NCBI GenBank assembly: GCA_965202985.1
Contig: CBDBCF010000001.1
Location: 704,001-768,000, forward strand
DNA: 64,000 bases
From: Longimicrobiales bacterium
GTDB taxonomy: Bacteria > Gemmatimonadota > Gemmatimonadetes > Longimicrobiales > Gaopeijiaceae
Direction of reading: 5' to 3'
This document shows, in pieces, positions 32,995 through 42,999 of this stretch. Below the pieces are notes generated by a model. It had not been told where the DNA came from. It did not search any database and was given only the letters and a program-made list of their open reading frames with translations. The stretch's first letter is position 1; each line of letters starts with the position of its first letter. The position numbers and the translations under genes were made by a program.

Positions 32995-34256
32995 CGAGAC
33001 GCGCCCCCTTCGGCCCGAACTGCCGCGACGCGCGGGGGTCGCCCCGTCAGGTACAGATGGAGCGCCACCGCCGCGCCCCCGAAGAAGATCAGGTTGTTGC
33101 CCAGGAACCGGTGAGTGCGGAACGACAGCAGCACGGCCAGGAAGGCGTCGATGTACAGGACCAGCCACAGCAGGTTGGCGCGTCGTCGGAACCGGTCGTA
33201 GACGAAGGCGACAAGCGCCCCGTACGCCAGCGGCATGAACAGCGCTCCGGCGATGCCGAAGTCCAAGTAGAGAAACCCGAGGAACGTCGGCGTGTTGTGC
33301 GTGCCGTAGACGTAGAGGTGGTCGTTCACCCTGCGGGTCTCGGGGAAGAGCGTCTTGGGGAGGTCGTAGCTGTTCAACCCCATGTCCAACGGGCTGTCGA
33401 TCTTGGCCAGCGTGAACTGGAGGTTCTTGAAGCTGGCGCCCGTGTGAGCCCAAATCGTGGCCGCCACGCCCATGTCCACCCTGGGGTTGCGCAGCTCGGG
33501 TCGTTCCTGGAATTGGCGGCGCCGGCTAGCCTCCACGACCACGAAGATCGCCAGCCCGGCTGCGGCCACGAGCAAGGCGGAGCGACGCGAGACGCGGGGC
33601 CGTGCGTAGGCCCCGTAGACCGCGATCCAAGCCAGCGCCACCATGGCCGAGACGCGCACGCCGTTGACCATGAGCATGACGATGGAGGCTACCGCCAAGA
33701 CCAGCCACGCCGTGCGCCGGAGGGCGCCCCGTTCGCGCAGGAAGAGCATGGCGAACAGGAGCGCGGCAAGGATGTGGAGCTGGTACAGGTAGCCCAGTAA
33801 CGGAAGCTGAAACGACTGGCGAAGGGTGTTCACCTCGGGCGAGAACAGCGGAATTCCGTCCGAGACGCGCACGAACCACAGCGTGGTCAGAGTTGCGACG
33901 GCGAAGACGCCGAGTGCGGCCGGAACCAGCTTGGGGGACAACGCGACTTGGCGCAGGCGAGCGCTCAGCGCGTGCGGCTGCAAGGGCGTTGCGCGACGGC
34001 CCGACGCCAAGCTGAACCCCGCCGCGAACGCCAAGTACGCGACCACGACGACCAAGTACGTCCATGCGTCGAACGACTGGCCGTAGTAGGGCTCGTCGTA
34101 TCGCTCCGAGAAGCGGAAGTGGGAGAGGCCGAAGAACCCCAGCCACACCAGGGTGAAGACGGCCAGCGGATGCACCGGGTCGCGAGCCCCGGCGCCGATG
34201 CGCCATGCGCAGGCAACGGCCAGGGCGGCGAATCCCCCTCCTAGCAGGGCGTCCAA
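32991..34256 (-). CDS. wzy: Wzy-like oligosaccharide repeat-unit polymerase
   Basis: More than 10 TM segments; HNTPTFLGFLYLDFG motif; position within the cluster. Start uncertain. Confidence 0.65.
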   Translation of the reverse strand: MDALLGGGFAALAVACAWRIGAGARDPVHPLAVFTLVWLGFFGLSHFRFSERYDEPYYGQSFDAWTYLVVVVAYLAFAAGFSLASGRRATPLQPHALSARLRQVALSPKLVPAALGVFAVATLTTLWFVRVSDGIPLFSPEVNTLRQSFQLPLLGYLYQLHILAALLFAMLFLRERGALRRTAWLVLAVASIVMLMVNGVRVSAMVALAWIAVYGAYARPRVSRRSALLVAAAGLAIFVVVEASRRRQFQERPELRNPRVDMGVAATIWAHTGASFKNLQFTLAKIDSPLDMGLNSYDLPKTLFPETRRVNDHLYVYGTHNTPTFLGFLYLDFGIAGALFMPLAYGALVAFVYDRFRRRANLLWLVLYIDAFLAVLLSFRTHRFLGNNLIFFGGAAVALHLYLTGRPPRVAAVRAEGGASR

Positions 34257-34304
34257 GTCGGAGGCCGGGCGGGCCGGAACGCGCCGGGAGCGCGTGCTGT
34301 GCGT

Positions 34305-34333
34305 TTCATGTCCAGCTTGGAAGCTACTATAAT
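34305..34333 (+). promoter_or_regulatory. possible sigma70 promoter for wza-wzc
   Basis: TTCATG-17 nt-TATAAT (perfect -10) in the divergent intergenic region. Confidence 0.45.
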
Positions 34334-34378
34334 CCAACGTCCCGCGATTCCGTCTTGAAGCACCCACCAAGGACGCCC

Positions 34379-35002
34379 GTGAAGCACCGATCGGCCACCG
34401 GCCTCCTCTTCGCCCTGGCAACCTTGGCAGCGTCGGGCGCGCCGGGCGCCGCAAGCCCGCAGGTCCAGGACCCGATGGGCGCGCTGCTGCCGGGCGACGT
34501 GATCGACATCGACATTTGGCAGGAGGAGACGCTCTCCGGCGAGTTCACCGTGGACGAGTCCGGGACCGTGGTCCTGCCCCTCGTCGGCGAGTGGAGCGTT
34601 GCAGGCGTGTCCGCCCGGGACCTTCGGGAGCAGCTCGCCGCGGCCTACGCCGTCTACCTGAACAACCCGTCGATCAACGTGAAGCTGCTCCGGCGCATCA
34701 CCGTGTCCGGCGAAGTGCGGGTCCCCGGTCTCTACACCGTGGACGCCACGGTGAGCATCGCCGACCTGATCGCGCGCGCCGGCGGCCTCAACGTGGACGC
34801 CGACGCCGAGAAGATTCTGCTCTTCCGGGACGGCCAGCGCCTGGAGCTGGACCTGAACGGCGCCACGGTGGTGGGCGAGGCCGGCCTGCGCTCGGGCGAC
34901 CGCGTGTCGGTGGGGAAGCGGGGCTGGCTGGGACGGAACCTGCCGTCGGTGGTGGGCATCGTCTCGATCATCAGCAACGTGGTCCTGATCGCAACCCGCT
35001 AG
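34379..35002 (+). CDS. wza: polysaccharide export protein (Wza/Poly_export + SLBB)
   Basis: LLPGDVIDI, VDESGTVVLPLVG, YLNNP, VSGEVRVPGLY, AGG, LRSGD. Confidence 0.85.
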   Translation: MKHRSATGLLFALATLAASGAPGAASPQVQDPMGALLPGDVIDIDIWQEETLSGEFTVDESGTVVLPLVGEWSVAGVSARDLREQLAAAYAVYLNNPSINVKLLRRITVSGEVRVPGLYTVDATVSIADLIARAGGLNVDADAEKILLFRDGQRLELDLNGATVVGEAGLRSGDRVSVGKRGWLGRNLPSVVGIVSIISNVVLIATR

Positions 35003-35005
35003 CGC

Positions 35006-37435
35006 GTGGACACGAACGGCCAGGCAAGCCCGCCGGAATCCGGCGCACCGGCGGTCGCGACCTCGGGCGACGGCGCGGGGCTGCAGTTCCGGGACTTCAT
35101 GAACCTTGTCCGGCGCAGCTTCTGGACGATCGTGGGCTGCACGTTGCTGGCCGCGGGCGGCACCGCGTACTTCGTCTGGACGGCCCGCCCCCTGTACGAG
35201 GCCAGGACGACGGTCCACGTGGACGCGAGCCGCCCCACCACGCCCGAGTTCGCCTTCATCACCGAGATGCTTCGGGCCAGCGACGTGAACACGGAGATGG
35301 CGCTGCTGGGCGCGCGCACGCTCATGGAGGCCGCCGTCGATTCCCTGGATCTGCAAGTGACCGTGGATCGCCCGTCGCGGTTTCGGCGAGAAGACCTGTT
35401 CTCGGAAGCCAGCGCCAGCCGAACCACGACCGCGGGACGCTACGACTTCGCGCGGGCCGCGGATTCGCCCGGCGCGCCCTACGTGATCACCGACGCGGAA
35501 GGAAGAGAGATCGGGCGCTTGGCTCCGGGCGAGGCGATCGTCTTCAACAGCGTCCGCTTGGTGCTGGCGCCGGCTGCCGCGGGAGACGAGTTCCCGCCCG
35601 AGTTCGGCATCCGCACTTTCGACTTCCGCCAGGCCTTGGAGAACTTGGTCCGGAACATGAGGGTCGAGCGCCCCGACAGGGAGGCGTCGGTGATGTCGGC
35701 GTCGTACCGGGACACGGACCGCGGGCTGGTCCGCGACGTGCCCAACGTGGTGGCGTCCCTTTATCTGGTGCGTCGCAACCAGTCCAAGCGACTGGAGGCC
35801 GACTCGACGGTGGCGTTCTTGGAGCGGCAGATCGTCGAGTACAGCGACCTGCTCCAAAAGGCGGAAGAGGACCGGCTGGCCTTTCAGCAGGGCGAACAGG
35901 TCGTGGACCTGCGGGCCGAGGGCGAGGCGCAGGTGCGTCTGCGGGCCGAAGCGCAAGCCGAGCGGCGCGACCTGGAGAACCAGCTGTCGTCGCTCACGTC
36001 GGTGCTGGGCGCGATCGAACGCCGGAACTCGGGCGCGGACCCGAACCGCCCGGCCGGGGAGCGGTCGCCGTACCGGGCGCTGGCGGGCTTCACGACGTTC
36101 CTGGAGAACCAAGCGGTCACCGAACTGCTGTCGGACCTGAACCAGATCGAGACCGAGCGCACGGCGCAGCTGGAGCTCCGGACCGTTGCTCACCCGGAGG
36201 TCGTGGCCATGGACGCCCAGATCCTGCAGCTGGAAGACGAACTCTATCAGCTGGCCGTGAACTATCGGGACAACTTGGAGGCCCAGATGCGGTCGGCGGA
36301 CGCCCAGTTGGCGCAGTTCGGACAGCAGCTCGAGCGCATCCCGGAACACTCGGTGCAGCTGACGCGACTGGAGCGCGAGGTGGAGAACCTGTCGCAGATC
36401 TACGGCACGCTTCGGACCCGGTTGCAGCAGGCGCGGGTCGCCCAGGCCGTGGAGTCGGGCGACGTGCGGATCGTGGACGCGGCCTCCGAGCCGACGAGGC
36501 CGATCCGCCCCCGCAAGGTGCGCGCGATGGCGCTGGCGCTCTTGTTCGGACTGGTTCTGGGCACCGCCCTGGGGGCCGCGCGCGACCACTTGGACGAACG
36601 AATCCACTCCCGGCAGCAGCTGGCGGGCCTGACCAACCTGCCGGTCCTGGCGACGATCCCCCGCATCTCCGGCGCGAACGGCAAGAGGAAGAGCGCGCGA
36701 TCGGGCCGGCACGCGCTCCCCTTCACCGCGGGCTCGCTGGGCGACCGGGGGTCCCCGGTTTCGGAGGCATTCCGGGCGTTCCGCACCAACATCACCTTCC
36801 TGAACGTGGACCGGCCGCCCCAGGCCGTCCTGGTGACCAGCCCGGGGCCGTCCGAAGGCAAGTCCACTTGCACGTGCAACTTGGCGGTCACGCTGGCGCA
36901 GCAGGACGCCTCGGTGCTCCTGCTCGACGCCGACCTCCGCCGGGGCGTCGTCCACAAGATGGTGGGCGAGCGGCGGCGCGAACCGGGGCTCACCAACATC
37001 CTCAAGGGCGACGCGACGTTCGACGAAGCGGTCCGGGTGGTCGAGCTGCCCGACGGCAAGTCGCTGCACGTCCTGACCGCCGGCACGCCGCCCCCCAACC
37101 CGTCGGAGCTGCTGGGTTCGCAGAACATGGGGACCTTGGTCGAGACGCTCCGTTCCCGGTACGGCATCGTCCTGTTCGATTCGCCGCCCTTGAATCTGGT
37201 GACCGACGCCGCGGTTCTGGGGACGCTGGTGGACGGCGTGATCCTCGTGGCTCGGGCGGGCGTCACGCACCAGGGAGCGCTTCGCTTCGCGCGCGGCCAG
37301 CTGGAAGCGGTCGCGGCTCCGCTGTCGGGCGTGGTCCTCAACGAGACCCTGGCCGGACGGCGCGGTCGCTACTACGGCGACGGCGGCGACTACGGCTACT
37401 ACCGCCGCTACTACAAGACGCTGGAGGACTCGTAG
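35006..37435 (+). CDS. wzc: polysaccharide co-polymerase / tyrosine autokinase Wzc
   Basis: Two TMs flanking a coiled-coil region, Walker A PSEGKS, DADLRR, PPNPSELL, FDSPP, C-terminal Tyr cluster YYGDGGDYGYYRRYY. Confidence 0.93.
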   Translation: MDTNGQASPPESGAPAVATSGDGAGLQFRDFMNLVRRSFWTIVGCTLLAAGGTAYFVWTARPLYEARTTVHVDASRPTTPEFAFITEMLRASDVNTEMALLGARTLMEAAVDSLDLQVTVDRPSRFRREDLFSEASASRTTTAGRYDFARAADSPGAPYVITDAEGREIGRLAPGEAIVFNSVRLVLAPAAAGDEFPPEFGIRTFDFRQALENLVRNMRVERPDREASVMSASYRDTDRGLVRDVPNVVASLYLVRRNQSKRLEADSTVAFLERQIVEYSDLLQKAEEDRLAFQQGEQVVDLRAEGEAQVRLRAEAQAERRDLENQLSSLTSVLGAIERRNSGADPNRPAGERSPYRALAGFTTFLENQAVTELLSDLNQIETERTAQLELRTVAHPEVVAMDAQILQLEDELYQLAVNYRDNLEAQMRSADAQLAQFGQQLERIPEHSVQLTRLEREVENLSQIYGTLRTRLQQARVAQAVESGDVRIVDAASEPTRPIRPRKVRAMALALLFGLVLGTALGAARDHLDERIHSRQQLAGLTNLPVLATIPRISGANGKRKSARSGRHALPFTAGSLGDRGSPVSEAFRAFRTNITFLNVDRPPQAVLVTSPGPSEGKSTCTCNLAVTLAQQDASVLLLDADLRRGVVHKMVGERRREPGLTNILKGDATFDEAVRVVELPDGKSLHVLTAGTPPPNPSELLGSQNMGTLVETLRSRYGIVLFDSPPLNLVTDAAVLGTLVDGVILVARAGVTHQGALRFARGQLEAVAAPLSGVVLNETLAGRRGRYYGDGGDYGYYRRYYKTLEDS

Positions 37436-37451
37436 GGCCGGACGGCGCCGA

Positions 37452-38549
37452 TCAAGCGCCTGCGATGGCGGCTCGGAAGCGCGGGTACTGAACGTGACTC
37501 CAGATGCGGGCGTCGATCACCGCGCGCGCGGCCTTCCCTATCTGCGCCCCGTAGGCCGGCTCTTGGGCAAGTCGTCGCAGGCGAGCGGCAAATTCGTCGG
37601 GCGAAGTCGCGAACAGGGCGCTGGTCCCGTCCCCGACCATGTCTTCGATGCCTCCGCCCGGCGCCAGCACCACGGGAAGGCCGGCGGCCATGCAGTTGAG
37701 CACCGACACGCGGCCGCCCCGGCCCCGGCTCCATTCGTCCGCGCCCATCGGCGACACCGCGGCGTCCATGTCGCGCAGGGCCGCAATCTCGTTCTCCTCG
37801 GACCACTGCACGAACCGGACCCGCTCCGACAGCGCTTCGGCAAACCGGGGCGGACGACCGCTGCACACGACGATCCGAAGTCCGGGCACGTCGTCGGCCA
37901 GTGCGCAGAAGGCGTCCGACAGCGATTCCAAGTAGCCCAGGTTTATTTCGTGGCCGATCCAGCCCACGCGGAACCGGCCGGAGACTTGGTTCCGGGGCCG
38001 GGGAAAGTCGCGGAAGGCGTTGGCGTCCAGGCTGGGGTGGACGACTTGGACTTGGGGGTTCCGCTGGGCGGCGTAGCGGCGGAGGGGTTCGGAGCCCACC
38101 ACGACTTGGTGCGCGGTCTCCAAGGTGGCGTCCAGCCGGCGGCGGCGGGCACGGGCGATTGCGGGGGACTCGCCGTTCGGAGCGCGGGCGTAGAGGGCGT
38201 CGTCGAAGTCGTAGACGATGCGCTTTCCCGCCGCCCTCCACGCGCGGACGACCGCTCCTGGGAAGAGCAGCTTCTGGATCAGGACGACTTGGGAGGCGGC
38301 GGCGCCTTGCCAAGCCTTGCATGCGCATGCGGCGCGCGCGACGACGGCCCGGGGCGACCACCCGCCGCCTCCGCCGCCGTACTCGACCCAGCGGAGCGGC
38401 GCAAAGTCCCGTTCGAGGGCGTCCCGGTAGTTCCACAGGCGGTGACGAGTGCTGGCGGCCCGTCTGGACGCCGCGGCGATCACCAGGAGGGAGGGCCTTG
38501 CCCGAGTCGCCGACGCGACGGGCGCCGGAGCGGGCTGCGTTTGGGTCAA
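37452..38549 (-). CDS. glycosyltransferase family 4 (GT-B)
   Basis: YDFDDA, VGWIG..N, MAAGLPVV. Confidence 0.8.
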   Translation of the reverse strand: MTQTQPAPAPVASATRARPSLLVIAAASRRAASTRHRLWNYRDALERDFAPLRWVEYGGGGGGWSPRAVVARAACACKAWQGAAASQVVLIQKLLFPGAVVRAWRAAGKRIVYDFDDALYARAPNGESPAIARARRRRLDATLETAHQVVVGSEPLRRYAAQRNPQVQVVHPSLDANAFRDFPRPRNQVSGRFRVGWIGHEINLGYLESLSDAFCALADDVPGLRIVVCSGRPPRFAEALSERVRFVQWSEENEIAALRDMDAAVSPMGADEWSRGRGGRVSVLNCMAAGLPVVLAPGGGIEDMVGDGTSALFATSPDEFAARLRRLAQEPAYGAQIGKAARAVIDARIWSHVQYPRFRAAIAGA

Positions 38550-38616
38550 GGGGGCTCCGTCCGGGTCGTCCAGGTCAAGGTTACGTTAGCGACGGCAAGT
38601 TAGCGGAGGATCGGTC

Positions 38617-40623
38617 ATGTGCGGAATCGCCGGCTTTGCGGGCCGGAACACGACGGAGGGACTGGAGCGAATGACCGCCGTGTTGCGGCATCGGGGTCCC
38701 GACGACCACGGAACACTGGCGTTCCAGGGACCGGGGGGCTGGACGGGACTGGGCAGCACGCGCTTGGCGATACAGGACTTGAGCGGCGCCGGTCGGATGC
38801 CGATGTCCACCGAAGACGGCCGCTATGCGATCGTTTACAACGGCGAGCTGTACAACTTCCCCGACTTGCGGCGGACGTTGGAGGGCCGGGGCCGGCGGTT
38901 CCGATCCGGTGGCGATACCGAGGTGGTGCTGGAAGCGTACCGAGAGTGGGGAGCGGCGTGCCTGGACCGCTTCAACGGCATCTTCGCCCTGGCGATATGG
39001 GACGACCACGAGAAGAGCCTGTTCCTGGCCCGCGACCACTTCGGCGTCAAGCCGCTGTACATGGTCGGCCTGCCGGGGGGCGGCCTGGCGTTCGCTTCGG
39101 AGGCGAAGGCGCTCTTCGAGCTGCCGGAGGTCGAGGCCGCGGTGGACGCGGCGGCGCTGGTGCGGTACCTGACGTTCCTGTGGGTGCCCGAGCCGGGTTG
39201 CCTCTTTCGGGGCGTGACCAAGCTGCCGCCAGCGCACTACTGCCTGTACCGGGCCGGGGCGGGCGGCGGGACGGGGCTTCCCGAGCGCCGGCGGTATTGG
39301 GAGCTTCGGTTTCCGGGCATGGAGGGGGAGGGAGCGGTGTCCGCGTGTGGGCGGCGCGCGGCAGCGGGCGGGCGCCGGTCCGCTGGACGGCGGTCGGCGG
39401 CGCGGGAGCCGTCGGGGTTGGCCGCCCAGGTCCGCGAGCGCTTGGGGGCCGCCGTGGAGCGGCAGATGCTCTCCGATGCGCCGGTGGGGGCCTTTCTCAG
39501 CGCGGGGCTGGACTCCAGCTGCATCGTGGCGGCGATGGCCGACCGGAGCGACGAGCCGGTGCGCACGTTCACGGTGGACGCCGCGCCGAGCGGGGCCGGA
39601 GGGGCGTACGCCTTCGACGATCCGGGCGTGGCGGAGCGGACCGCTCGGCGTCTGGGGTGCCGGCACCGGACGTTGCGCGCCGAGCCCGCCGTGGCGGAGC
39701 TGCTGCCGAAGCTGGCGTGGCACATGGACGAGCCCGTGGGCGACCCCGCCGTCGTGACCGCCTACATGGTAAGCCGGGCGGCGTCCCGGGACGTGAAGGT
39801 GCTCCTGTCCGGGGTCGGGGGCGACGAGGTCTTCGGCGGCTACCGCAAGTACCGGGCTCACGACTTGGCCCTCCGCTACCAACGCCTGCCCGGGCTCCTG
39901 CGACGGGGCTTGGTGGAGCCGCTGGCGGCCCGGTTGCCGGCGCTGGCGAGGGCGCGCCTGGCCCCGCGGGTGCGGTTGCTCAAGAAGATGGCCCGGAGCG
40001 CTTCGCTGCCTCCCGTGGACCGCTTCGTGGCGAACTCGGTCTACCTGGACGAAGACGAGCGGGCGGGGTTGCTGACGGACCGGCTAGCCGACGGCGTGGG
40101 CGGCGCCGACCCCCGCGAGGATCATCTCGACGCCTTCGCGAGGTGCGAGGGCGCGGACTTCCTGCACCGGATGCTGTACGTGGACATGGCCACGTTCCTG
40201 CCCAGCCTGAACCTGCTGTACACCGACAAGACGAGCATGGCCGCGTCGGTGGAGGTGCGCGTGCCGTTCCTGGACCGGGAGCTCGTGGAATGGACGGCGG
40301 CCCGGGTCCCGCCCAGCATGAAGGTGAACGGCTCGGTCGCCAAGTACGTGTTGCGCTTGGCGATGGGCGACGCCGTGGGACCCGAGGTGCTGGCCCAGCC
40401 CAAGACCGGGTTCGGCGCGCCGGCCGGCCTCTGGTTGCGCGACGGGCTGTCGGAGATGATGCAGGACCTGCTGGCGCCGGACCGCGTGCGGCGACGGGGA
40501 CTCGTTCGCGCGGAGGCCGTCCAGTCGCTGATCGCCCGTCACATGTCGGGTCGCGAGGACCTGTCGTTTCAGCTGTGGCAACTTCTGGCGCTGGAACTGT
40601 GGGCGGAGCGGTTCCTGGGGTAG
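38617..40623 (+). CDS. asnB: asparagine synthase (glutamine-hydrolysing)-family amidotransferase, probably modifying the polysaccharide
   Basis: MCGIAG N-terminus, HRGPD, YNGELYN, RDHFGVKPLY, LSAGLDSS, SGVGGDE, EVRVPFLD. Confidence 0.93.
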   Translation: MCGIAGFAGRNTTEGLERMTAVLRHRGPDDHGTLAFQGPGGWTGLGSTRLAIQDLSGAGRMPMSTEDGRYAIVYNGELYNFPDLRRTLEGRGRRFRSGGDTEVVLEAYREWGAACLDRFNGIFALAIWDDHEKSLFLARDHFGVKPLYMVGLPGGGLAFASEAKALFELPEVEAAVDAAALVRYLTFLWVPEPGCLFRGVTKLPPAHYCLYRAGAGGGTGLPERRRYWELRFPGMEGEGAVSACGRRAAAGGRRSAGRRSAAREPSGLAAQVRERLGAAVERQMLSDAPVGAFLSAGLDSSCIVAAMADRSDEPVRTFTVDAAPSGAGGAYAFDDPGVAERTARRLGCRHRTLRAEPAVAELLPKLAWHMDEPVGDPAVVTAYMVSRAASRDVKVLLSGVGGDEVFGGYRKYRAHDLALRYQRLPGLLRRGLVEPLAARLPALARARLAPRVRLLKKMARSASLPPVDRFVANSVYLDEDERAGLLTDRLADGVGGADPREDHLDAFARCEGADFLHRMLYVDMATFLPSLNLLYTDKTSMAASVEVRVPFLDRELVEWTAARVPPSMKVNGSVAKYVLRLAMGDAVGPEVLAQPKTGFGAPAGLWLRDGLSEMMQDLLAPDRVRRRGLVRAEAVQSLIARHMSGREDLSFQLWQLLALELWAERFLG

Positions 40624-40758
40624 CTCGCACCTGCCGGCGCCCCGTGCGATGACGAAGCCTTGATGCCGTAGTCGTACCGTGGCGGCCCGCTCCGGGAACG
40701 CGATCGGCGTTCGCCGTGGAGCACCACCCCTTCACGCCCGCATGGAGACCGCCCCCGC

Positions 40759-41799
40759 ATGGACCGTCCCGCCCAAGCGCCCGAGTCGCGCCGGCACGAC
40801 CAGACCTACAAGCTCTTGTTCTCGCACGCCCCGGCCGCCGCCGACCTCATCCGCGACTTCGCCGCCAAAGGCTGGGACCACGCCCTCGATCTCGCGACGC
40901 TCGAGCCGTTCCCCACCGAGAGCGTCGGCCCGGAGCTGCAGCGCCGGCTGGGCGACTGCGCATGGCGGGCGTGGTTCAAGAGCGGCCGGGCGTCGGTCGT
41001 GTTCCTGGTCGAGTTCCAGTCCTCGGTGGATCGCGAGATACTCTTCCGCACCATGGGCTACAGCCAAGCGGCGCACTTGGCGTTCCACCGCTATCCGGGC
41101 CTGCGGGACCCGGGCGGCACGGTGCCGTACGCGACGTCGGTGGTCGTCTACTCGGGCGTGCAGCCGTGGAGCGCGGTCGGGACGCTGGCCGAGTTTGTGC
41201 GCGGGCGGCCGCCGTTGCTGCCGGAGGCTGCGCGCGGTCTGGTGGGCGACCGGGCGCACTCGCACGGTCACCGTGTGCTTGACTTGCAGTCCGCGTTCGG
41301 GCAAGACTTGCTTCCGAAGGACAGCGTGCTCGATTGGATCGCGGCGATGGAGCGTGCACCGTGGACGCACCTGCCGCGTGTTCGCCGGAGCTTGGTTGGG
41401 CGCTGGGGCGGACCGGAGCATTCGGACGTCCGCAGTGCGCTGGCGACCTGGACAAAGGAGCGGCTGCGGGTTGCGAGCGGTCCGAAGGAGCGCTGGCGGA
41501 AGGCGGTGCAGTGGATCATCCAACCGAGAGGAGAGGACGACATGGAGACCTACGAAGACTGGGCGAAGGGCCACGAACAGCGAGGCCGGGAGCAGGGCCA
41601 GGCCGAGCAAGGCCGGTCGATGGTGCTGCGGCAGGCTTCGCGGCGGTTCGGGGCGGAGACGGCGCGGCAGCTGGAGGGGCTGGTGGAGGGGATGGACGCG
41701 AAGGAGTTGACTCGCGTCGGGGACGCGGTGGTGGACTGCAACACCGGCGACGAGCTCCTGGACGTCGCGGGAAACGGGGCTTCCAGCGACGCCGACTAG
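40759..41799 (+). CDS. Rpn-family (YhgA-like) recombination-promoting nuclease/putative transposase
   Basis: HDQTYKLLFSH, RxGDxxW, LVEFQS PD-(D/E)XK core, VVYSG..PW; C-terminal LRQASRRFG (DUF4351-like). Confidence 0.85.
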   Translation: MDRPAQAPESRRHDQTYKLLFSHAPAAADLIRDFAAKGWDHALDLATLEPFPTESVGPELQRRLGDCAWRAWFKSGRASVVFLVEFQSSVDREILFRTMGYSQAAHLAFHRYPGLRDPGGTVPYATSVVVYSGVQPWSAVGTLAEFVRGRPPLLPEAARGLVGDRAHSHGHRVLDLQSAFGQDLLPKDSVLDWIAAMERAPWTHLPRVRRSLVGRWGGPEHSDVRSALATWTKERLRVASGPKERWRKAVQWIIQPRGEDDMETYEDWAKGHEQRGREQGQAEQGRSMVLRQASRRFGAETARQLEGLVEGMDAKELTRVGDAVVDCNTGDELLDVAGNGASSDAD

Positions 41800-42717
41800 T
41801 TGGCGACCGCCGCGACCTCTCCGATCGACGATCTCCGCATCTGCACGTTGCTGCCCAGCGCGACGGAGATCGCCTACCTGCTCGGGCTGGGCGACGCTGT
41901 GCTCGGCGTGACCCACGAGTGCGACTTCCCGCCGGAGGCGGCAAGGAAGAGGCGGGTCGTCCGAAACAGAATCGACGTCAAGGCGTCCGCCGGCCATATC
42001 GATCGACAAGTCCGCTCGCTTGGCGCGGCCGGCGAAGCGGTGTATGAACTCGACGCCGAGGCGCTGCACGACATTTCCCCGACTTTGGTCGTGACGCAGG
42101 CGCTGTGCGAAGTCTGCGCTCTGCCGTACGACGACGTGATCTCGACGCTGGATGCGCTGGGCATCGCGCCGGTGGTGGTCGCCTTCGACCCGAAGTGCTT
42201 GGACGACGTCTTCCAGGACGTTGAGAGGGTCGGGAGCACCGGCGGCGCAGAGGCGGAGGCTGAGGCGCGAAAGAAGGCAGCCGAACTCCGGGGTCGGGCG
42301 CATCGAGTCGCTGCGCTGGTCGCGGGCCGTGCTCGTCCGCGCGTCGCCTGCTTGGAGTGGCTGGACCCGCTGATGATCGGCGGCCACTGGGTTCCGGAGA
42401 TGGTTCAGCTGGCGGGCGGCCTCGACGTGCTGGGCGAGCCGGAGACGCCCACACGCCGCACCACTTTCGAGGAGGTCGTCGAAGCGGAGCCCGACGTTAT
42501 CGTGCTGATGCCCTGCGGATACGATGTGGAGCGGACGGCCGCGGAAGCCCGCGAGCTGGACTGCCTGGCCCGCTTTCGCCGAACCCCGGCCGGCAGAAGC
42601 GGCCCACGCTTGGTGGACGGCCTGGAACTCCTGGCGGCGCTGCTTCACCCCGCCGTTGAAGGAAGGACGCTGCGAGGCGGCTCCGGTAGCCGACTCTTGC
42701 CGGTTCGCGGCACCTAG
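41800..42717 (+). CDS. cobalamin/iron-siderophore-type ABC substrate-binding protein (BtuF-like), apparently with an internal deletion
   Basis: RICTLLPSATEI, GVTHECDFP, TQALCEVCA, LEWLDP, GHWVPEMV, MPCGY, GPRLVDGLELLA. Confidence 0.8.
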   Translation: MATAATSPIDDLRICTLLPSATEIAYLLGLGDAVLGVTHECDFPPEAARKRRVVRNRIDVKASAGHIDRQVRSLGAAGEAVYELDAEALHDISPTLVVTQALCEVCALPYDDVISTLDALGIAPVVVAFDPKCLDDVFQDVERVGSTGGAEAEAEARKKAAELRGRAHRVAALVAGRARPRVACLEWLDPLMIGGHWVPEMVQLAGGLDVLGEPETPTRRTTFEEVVEAEPDVIVLMPCGYDVERTAAEARELDCLARFRRTPAGRSGPRLVDGLELLAALLHPAVEGRTLRGGSGSRLLPVRGT

Positions 42718-42724
42718 CCTAGCT

Positions 42725-42982
42725 CTACTTGGAGCCGCTCTTGAGGCCGGGGGCCGCCTCTTCCAGCAGGCCGTTCACCGCCTTGCGCACGTCGGCGGGC
42801 GAGTCGGCGTTCAGCGAGACGCCCAAATGGAAGCGAAGGCCGTGGCCCGCGCCCGCTGCCAGCAACTTCGGAGCAGCGTCGGCCAGGTTCTGAAGCTGCG
42901 CCACATCCACAGCCGTCGTCGGCGCCGGGGACGACTGCTCCACGACGGCGCCCGGCCGGGGCTGGGCTGTCGGCTGCTTCAA
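42725..42982 (-). pseudogene. detached C-terminal fragment of the DUF499 ATPase
   Basis: QLQNLAD...GLRFHLGVSL resembles the usual C-terminus of this family; it is in a different frame from the main ORF, which stops at 43000. Confidence 0.5.
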
Positions 42983-42999
42983 CCGCTAGGAGCCGGCGG

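Noticed and set aside
34241..37491. 1009-aa (-) and 991-aa (+) ORFs over wza/wzc
   Set aside because: Alternative-frame shadows of clearly recognisable genes.
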